Assembly: GCA_963847225.1 (NCBI GenBank)
Contig: CAWJYZ010000003.1
Location: 819,763 to 883,762, forward strand
From: an uncultured bacterium
GTDB taxonomy: Bacteria; Chloroflexota; Dormibacteria; Aeolococcales; Aeolococcaceae
DNA length: 64,000 nt
Direction: 5' to 3'
Both the position numbers and the translations under genes were made by a program. The notes under the pieces were generated by a model that was not told where the DNA came from, searched no databases, and saw only the letters and a list, made by a program, of their open reading frames with translations. Below, piece after piece: positions 58,299 to 64,000 of the stretch. Numbering within the stretch: position 1 is the first letter of the stretch; each line of letters starts with the position of its first letter.

Positions 58299-58685
58299 AT
58301 GATCGGCAAGGTTTCCAGCCTCCTCACCGCCAAGGGCCTGGCGGCGGTCAGCATCGCCGCGGCGTCGCTGGGGGGAGGCGGCGCGCTGCTGGCGTCGTCG
58401 CACACCCCTCCGTTCCCGCCGGCGATCCAAGGCTCGGCCGTCAGCGGGTCCTCGGGGTCGGCCTCGAACAATGGCACCATGTCCTCGATGCCGAGTCCCA
58501 AGGGCTCCCACGGCGCGGCCGTGGTGTCGGCGGTGGCCAGCTGCCGGGCTTCGGCATCGGCGAGCGGGACGCACGGGATCGGTCAGTGCGTCTCCACTGT
58601 GGCCCGTTCCCAGGGTGAGGCCGAGCGAAGCCTGCACGCTGGAACCCACCCGCCGCACCCGAGCCCGCACCCCACCGGGCACTGA
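58299..58685 (+). CDS. Small secreted Ser-rich hypothetical protein
   Basis: RBS AGGAGG; signal-like N-terminus; HG..VS.VA..C / G.CVS.VA repeat. Confidence 0.7.
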   Translation: MIGKVSSLLTAKGLAAVSIAAASLGGGGALLASSHTPPFPPAIQGSAVSGSSGSASNNGTMSSMPSPKGSHGAAVVSAVASCRASASASGTHGIGQCVSTVARSQGEAERSLHAGTHPPHPSPHPTGH

Positions 58686-58719
58686 GCTCGCACCCTCCCC
58701 GGCAAAGCACTCGTCCCTC

Positions 58720-58750
58720 CGGGAGGGTGGCGATCTCCGCCACCCTCCCG
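58720..58750. terminator. Hairpin between convergent genes
   Basis: GGGAGGGTGGCG-ATCTC-CGCCACCCTCCC. Confidence 0.55.
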
Positions 58751-58802
58751 TGACGGGGAGTCGTGGGGTGCCGTCAGCCTCCGGTGCAGCGACGCGCGCT
58801 AT

Positions 58803-59342
58803 TCAGGGCGCGGTTTCCCACCGGCCGGCGTCCTCACCCCCGGAAAGACGGCGCACCACGTCGCGGACCTCCCCGCTCCCGAAGCCTCGGCGCAGCAGGG
58901 CGGCGGCGAGCCGGCGAGCCTCGGCGGTGTCGAGGGGACCGGCCTGGCGGCGGCCGATGAGATGTGTCGCGGCCCTCCGCACCGCCTCCTCCTGGTGGGC
59001 CGCGACCTCTCGCACGGCCGCCTCCACCACCTCGCGGTCCACACCTCGGGCGCGGAGGTCAGCGCTGAGCCGCCGGCTGCTGTAGCCGCGTTCGAGGCTG
59101 CGCCTGCGCAGGCTGTCGGCCACCCGGGCGTCGTCGACCCACCCCCGCGACGTGAGGCGCGCCACGACGTTCGAGGCGACGTCCTCGGTGGCGCCGGCCC
59201 GGAGGAGGCGCTGGTGCACCTCGGCGCGGGTGCGGTCGCTGCTGGCGAGAAGGCGCTGGGCCAGAGCCTCGGCGGCGTCCACGTCGAGAGATGTTGGGAC
59301 AGAGCGGCGCCGCCGGATGGCGGCGCTGGAGCGGAGCGCCAT
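58803..59342 (-). CDS. recX: Regulatory protein RecX
   Basis: GWVDD, L.ARGV and LLRRGF; directly after recA. Confidence 0.88.
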   Translation of the reverse strand: MALRSSAAIRRRRSVPTSLDVDAAEALAQRLLASSDRTRAEVHQRLLRAGATEDVASNVVARLTSRGWVDDARVADSLRRRSLERGYSSRRLSADLRARGVDREVVEAAVREVAAHQEEAVRRAATHLIGRRQAGPLDTAEARRLAAALLRRGFGSGEVRDVVRRLSGGEDAGRWETAP

Positions 59343-59356
59343 CGCCGCGGCCCTGC

Positions 59357-60391
59357 TCAGGCGACGGGGACAGCCGGCTCGGACATCTCCTCCACCACCG
59401 CCGGCGCCGGCAGGGCATCGAGACGGACGCGAGAGGCGATCTCCTCCAGCAGCTCCGGATTCTGCTTGAGGAAGTCGCGCACATTCTCCCGTCCCTGACC
59501 CAGACGGAGGTCCCCGTAGGAGAACCAGGCGCCGCTCTTCTCGACGATGTGGGCGTCGACGGCCATGTCGAGGACGCTCCCCGCGTAGGAGATGCCCTCG
59601 TTGTAGAGGATGTCGAACTCTGCGCTGCGGAATGGCGGAGCCACCTTGTTCTTGACAACCTTGACCTTGACACGGCTGCCCACGGCGTCGAGGCCCTGCT
59701 TGATGGTGTCGATCTTGCGGATGTCCATGCGCACGGAGGCGTAGAACTTGAGGGCGCGGCCGCCGGTCGTCACCTCCGGGTTGCCGAACATCACGCCCAC
59801 CTTCTCACGGAGCTGGTTGATGAAGATCACCGAGGTGTTGGAGCGGCTGATCGCGGCGGTGAGCTTGCGCATCGCTTGGGACATGAGGCGGGCCTGGAGG
59901 CCGACGTGGCTGTCCCCCATGTCCCCGTCGATCTCCGCCTTGGGCACGAGCGCCGCCACGGAGTCGATGACGATGACGTCCACGGCACTGCTGCGCACCA
60001 GGACCTCGACGATCTCCAGGGCCTGCTCTCCGGTATCGGGCTGGGAGACGAGGAGCTCGTCGGTGCGCACCCCGATGCGTCCCGCGTACTGGGGATCGAG
60101 GGCATGCTCGGCATCGATGAAGGCGGCGACGCCTCCCCGGCGCTGCGCCTCGGCGATGACGTGGAGGGTGAGGGTGGTCTTGCCCGAGCTCTCCGGGCCG
60201 TAGACCTCGACGATCCGTCCCCGCGGGACGCCGCCGACGCCGAGGGCGATGTCGAGGGTGAGGGCGCCGGTGGGGATGATCTCCACCCGCTGACCCTGGA
60301 CGTCTCCGAGGCGCATGATCGCCCCCTTGCCGTGGCTCCGCTCGATCTGGCTGAGGGCCGTCGAGAGGGCCCGCTCGCGTTCCGTCGTCAC
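59357..60391 (-). CDS. recA: Recombinase RecA (alternative start at 60478)
   Basis: [24 protein letters not shown] and [10 protein letters not shown]. Confidence 0.98.
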   Translation of the reverse strand: MTTERERALSTALSQIERSHGKGAIMRLGDVQGQRVEIIPTGALTLDIALGVGGVPRGRIVEVYGPESSGKTTLTLHVIAEAQRRGGVAAFIDAEHALDPQYAGRIGVRTDELLVSQPDTGEQALEIVEVLVRSSAVDVIVIDSVAALVPKAEIDGDMGDSHVGLQARLMSQAMRKLTAAISRSNTSVIFINQLREKVGVMFGNPEVTTGGRALKFYASVRMDIRKIDTIKQGLDAVGSRVKVKVVKNKVAPPFRSAEFDILYNEGISYAGSVLDMAVDAHIVEKSGAWFSYGDLRLGQGRENVRDFLKQNPELLEEIASRVRLDALPAPAVVEEMSEPAVPVA

Positions 60392-60508
60392 CGCCTCCGC
60401 CTCCTTGGTGGCGGCTGAACGCCGCCCGGCGAGCTCAATTGTACGACCGTTGCCACTACTTGCAAGTATGCTTGCCATGACGATTTCTCCCGAGCGGTGC
60501 TGCCTTGG

Positions 60509-60522
60509 CGAACGGATGTGCG
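60509..60522. promoter_or_regulatory. Putative SOS box upstream of recA
   Basis: CGAAC-GGAT-GTGCG, one mismatch to CGAAC-N4-GTTCG. Confidence 0.6.
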
Positions 60523-60795
60523 TTCATCACTCTAGCGCCTCCCGGCCTCCAGCGCAACTCGACGCCAGGCCATGAGGGATCCCGCTGGCCTGGCCCCCCG
60601 ACCCGGCGGATCGATGCCTTGAGGAACCCTGCCATACCCTCGAAGAGAAGGAAGGAGACAGAGGGACTGAGCTGCATCGTCTGCCACCGGACCATCCAGC
60701 TGCCCGGGACGGAGCAGCCACCACCCGCGCCAGGGCAGTAGGGCGCCTTGCCGCGGCCCCTTGGGCGCCACCGCCCCGTTCCGGGGTGCGGCGCC

Positions 60796-61461
60796 TCACG
60801 TGGGTGGCGCCTGACCGAACGGCAGCAGGTGGCCCAGATCCTCCTCGGAGAGCTGGGCGAAGAGGGACATGTCGTCGCTCCGCCCCAGGAAGCGGACCTG
60901 GAGGAAGACGTCCTCCTTGAAGAACCCCTGCGGGTGCATGACGATGCCGGCAAGCTCGTCGTGGTCGAGGACGACGTCCCGCACGGTGCCGAGCTTGCGT
61001 CCCGAGTGCCCGAGCATGACGTTTTCGCCGGCACGGATCTCGAGCTCATCGAGGCGCTTGTGTGCCTCCTCGACGACGCGCGGCATGGCCGGGGCCTGTC
61101 CCCCTTCGGCGGCCAGCGAGCGAAGGCTGTCGCGTCCGGCGACCGGCGCGTAGCGGTAGGTGAGGTACGGCTCGCTCCGGCGCACCTCGGTGGCGGGAAT
61201 CGAGAGGGTGATCCGGTCCCGGCTGACCTCGGCGACGGCTCCGATGGGGATAGCCACGTCGTCCTCGAGGAGCGCGGCATCACCCGAGGCGTGGCCGGTG
61301 AACTCCCGCGTCTCCTTGACCACGATTGCGCGGATTTGGAAGGTCTCGCCGGCGACGATGACGAAGCGCAGGGCGCCCACATGGCGACCGTCCGCGGAGT
61401 AGACAGCGGCGCCGAAATGGAAGTCGTCGATGTCGCGGGGTGGTGGTCCCAAGTCTGACAT
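60796..61461 (-). CDS. Tandem PRC-barrel domain protein
   Basis: Two V....G..(V/L)G.(L/V) barrel repeats. Confidence 0.75.
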   Translation of the reverse strand: MSDLGPPPRDIDDFHFGAAVYSADGRHVGALRFVIVAGETFQIRAIVVKETREFTGHASGDAALLEDDVAIPIGAVAEVSRDRITLSIPATEVRRSEPYLTYRYAPVAGRDSLRSLAAEGGQAPAMPRVVEEAHKRLDELEIRAGENVMLGHSGRKLGTVRDVVLDHDELAGIVMHPQGFFKEDVFLQVRFLGRSDDMSLFAQLSEEDLGHLLPFGQAPPT

Positions 61462-61621
61462 GGCGCGAAGTCTACCCAGGCGTGCCGCCCTGCCGATTAA
61501 GGGTTCCTGTGATGGATGGCTCACTAAGACGGCCTCGGCACTGGTGTTGACGGCGGAGCTATTCGGGGCCGTCGCGGCGGAGCTGCGTGGCGACAGCACC
61601 AGGGTACCGACGGGCGGGATG

Positions 61622-62185
61622 TCAGCGTTGGTGGCGGGACGGTAGTGGGGAGCGCGGAGACCGGGAAGCGGAGGGAACAGTGACGTCGTCGCGTTCCAGG
61701 ATGGTCTTGACGCTGCGGTAGCGGAAGGCGCCGAGGGTAAGCGCCTGGCGGCAGGCCCGCTCCACCCTCTCCGCTCCATAGCGCCGGCTGAGACCGATGA
61801 GGGCCAGACAGCCGCGGTAGCCGTGCTCGGGGTGGAGGCGGTGGGCCAGGATCTGCTCGGCCATCTCTGCCGTTGCGGGGCCGGTTCGCGCCGCCCAGGT
61901 GAGGATGCGGCCGGGTGTCCAGGCCATCTCGCGGCGGTATGCCGTGGGGAGGTGCGTGCTGTCAGTGGTGTAGCCGCCAGGGAGATGGCTGCGCCGATGG
62001 GCGGCCACACACTGCTCGTCATGGAAGACCTCGACGAGGGTCTCCGTGAGGCGGACGGCACAGCGCTGGCCCACCAGCGGGAAGGGGACTGAGTACCGGT
62101 GGTGGTCGACCTCGACGTGGCCGTCGACGTTGACGGCGGCGAGCTTCCAGACAGCCTCGTGCGTTGGTGGCGGTGGGTAACGCAT
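61622..62185 (-). CDS. Stand-alone IS21 IstA C-terminal domain protein
   Basis: V..DGHVEVD..RYSVP, HRRS...G.YTT...HLP, HPE.GYR.C, YG.ERVE.AC..AL and YRSVKTIL; no DDE core. Confidence 0.75.
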   Translation of the reverse strand: MRYPPPPTHEAVWKLAAVNVDGHVEVDHHRYSVPFPLVGQRCAVRLTETLVEVFHDEQCVAAHRRSHLPGGYTTDSTHLPTAYRREMAWTPGRILTWAARTGPATAEMAEQILAHRLHPEHGYRGCLALIGLSRRYGAERVERACRQALTLGAFRYRSVKTILERDDVTVPSASRSPRSPLPSRHQR

Positions 62186-62199
62186 CGCACCGGTGCCGG

Positions 62200-63058
62200 T
62201 CAGTCCGGGGTCAGCTCGGCGACCGCCTTCTTGGCGCAGGCGTCGTCGACGATCTCCTTGCCATCGGCGGCGGCGGCAATGAGGGCGGCGGTGGCCACGT
62301 TGTTGAGGGCACGCGGGATGCCATTGGCAAAGCGATGCAGGCGGACGATGGCGTCGTCGGCGAGGAGGGCATCGCTGCGCCCGGCGAGAGCGAGATGGTG
62401 ACGCAGATATGCGGTGGCATCGCCAAGATCCATGGGCGGAATGCGGAAGCGCATCGCGATGCGCTGGTCGAGGGAGGCGAAGATGCCGAGGCGGAGCTGG
62501 CGGCTCAGAGTGGGCTGGCCGAGGAGCACGCCGGCGAAAGGAACTCTTGGAATCCATGTCGAGGTTCGTGAGGAGCCGAAGCTCTTCCAGCTGCGCCGGG
62601 CTCAAGAGGTGCGCCTCGTCGACGACGAGCACGACCCGACGGTGTCGCTCCGCCTCCTCGGCCTCCAAGAGCTGCTGGGCCTGGATCATCACCTCGGCCT
62701 TGAAGAAGCGCGGCTGGGCACCGAGGGCGCGGACCACGGTGACGTAGAGCCCACGGGTGCCGAAGGCGGGGTTGGCGATGTAGATCACCTGATGGCGCAA
62801 GGGGTCGAGGAGAGCTCGAGCCGCCCGTGCCGCCACCGTCTTCCCGGCACCCACCTCGCCAGTGATGACACCGAGAGCCGCCTCCTGGACGCAGTGCAGA
62901 ATCCGGGCCACCGCCTCCTGGTGCGGCTGGCGTGAGAAGAGCTCGCCTGGTGCCAGCGACTTGGTGAACGGCGTCCGGGTGAAGCCGAAGTGGGTGAGCC
63001 ACGGAGCCCTCGATCCAGGAGCGACGGAGAGTGTCGGAGCAGGGGCGGCAGCGGTCAC
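62200..63058 (-). CDS. ExeA-family AAA+ ATPase (frameshift near 62540)
   Basis: FGF.RTPF, GEVGAGKT and VVDEAH; LLGQP and GIPRALN in the shifted frame. Confidence 0.85.
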
Positions 63059-64000
63059 GGCTGGTCCTCCGGGTTGAGCAGGTGGCGGAAGGCGATCCGG
63101 CCGATCTCCCTCCTCTCGTGCTCAGCGAGCACATCGCCGAGGTAGTCGACACCGGTCGGCTCGATCACGGGCCGGGGTGGGGGGACGGCCTGAGGATGGA
63201 CGTGGTGCCCGATGACCAGAGGGGTGAGCATTCCGACGAGGCGGTTGTCGAACCAGACCTCGATGCGGGTGAGGTCCTCGGGGCGATAGCGGAGCTCCAC
63301 CCGCCGCCCCCGCAGGGCTGGATCACATTGGTATTCGTTCCCCTGGAAGCTCACCGTCCCGGTCTTGCTGACCCGGCGCTGCTCGGTCCAGAGGAAGGCC
63401 TGGCGCAAGAGCTCGGGATCGGCCTGGCGCAGCGTGCCGCGGAGGAACCGCTCCATCGGCGTCTCGCCGGTCTCGGAGTGACGGCGGAGGTTGAGGTAGC
63501 TCTCGCTCCACGCCTCCCAGCGGTCATTGAGCTCGGCGTAGCTGGCAACGCCAACCTGCTCGACTTCGAGGACGAACCTCTCCCTGATGACCCTCCCCGC
63601 TCTTTCCTGCTTCCCCCGCCCAGCTGGCGAGTACGGCCGGCTGTGAATCAAGTGGATACCGAGCAGAGCGCAGGTGCGCGCCAACTCGCGTCCGGTGTAG
63701 GGGCTGCCGTTATCCGTGTACAACTGGAGGGGCAGACCGCGACGCAGGATCGCCTGATACAGCACCTCCTGACCGGCACGCAGCTTCTCCACCGGAAACC
63801 AGCGGCCGTGGACGAGCAGCCGTGAGTGATCGTCGACGAGCATGAAGAGACGGGCGCGGTGGCTGCCGGGGGCGCGCGGGAAAGGCACCCAGGGGCCGAC
63901 CAGGACATCGCCGATCCACCGGTCATTGGGTGCTGCCGCCTCGTATCGCCCCCAGGTCTTGGTGTCGGCGAGCAGCTCGGCGCGAGTCAGCCCACGCTTC
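63055..64000 (-). CDS. DDE-type (rve) integrase/transposase with Mu-transposase C-terminus, 5'-truncated
   Basis: WIGD, YTDNG and GKQER DDE triad; RRVSKTGTVS...Y...LRGRRVELRY. Confidence 0.92.
   Translation of the reverse strand, partial: KRGLTRAELLADTKTWGRYEAAAPNDRWIGDVLVGPWVPFPRAPGSHRARLFMLVDDHSRLLVHGRWFPVEKLRAGQEVLYQAILRRGLPLQLYTDNGSPYTGRELARTCALLGIHLIHSRPYSPAGRGKQERAGRVIRERFVLEVEQVGVASYAELNDRWEAWSESYLNLRRHSETGETPMERFLRGTLRQADPELLRQAFLWTEQRRVSKTGTVSFQGNEYQCDPALRGRRVELRYRPEDLTRIEVWFDNRLVGMLTPLVIGHHVHPQAVPPPRPVIEPTGVDYLGDVLAEHERREIGRIAFRHLLNPEDQP

Larger units (their letters stand above)
61545..64000 (-). mobile_element. Mu-like DDE integrase / ExeA-ATPase transposon (partial)
   Basis: Integrase, AAA ATPase and IstA-C gene; candidate end TGTTGACGGCGGAGCT with CGGCGGAGCT repeated 24 bp inward. 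Confidence 0.75.

Noticed and set aside
7352-58501. Long antisense or alternate-frame ORFs (e.g. 7352-9295, 26230-28290, 48631-50610, 56195-58501)
   Set aside because: Shadow ORFs expected at high GC; they overlap well-supported genes and lack recognisable motifs.

Overview
High-GC bacterial chromosome segment. Having mutS/mutL, rny, spoVS, recA-recX, miaA/miaB and Gram-positive-type SOS boxes together points to a Terrabacteria lineage such as Dormibacterota or Chloroflexota rather than Actinomycetota (inference). Bases 1-7335 look like the distal end of a genomic island closed by a duplicated 3' half of tRNA-Pro(GGG). The island holds a complete IS1111-type (IS110 family) element whose 3' non-coding region folds into a bridge/seek-RNA with guide segments matching its own target and donor sites. 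The core region (about 7.4-61.5 kb) carries housekeeping and metabolic genes, a Zur-boxed metal ABC transporter, a sugar ABC transporter, a lone Xer-like recombinase, an ECF sigma/beta-propeller pair and LexA-regulated genes. A nearly symmetric dif-like site lies at 30387-30414, where neighbouring genes converge. The right end is a Mu-like DDE integrase/ExeA-ATPase element carrying an extra stand-alone IS21 IstA C-terminal gene. Several single-base frameshifts, including one in mutS, are most likely long-read assembly errors.
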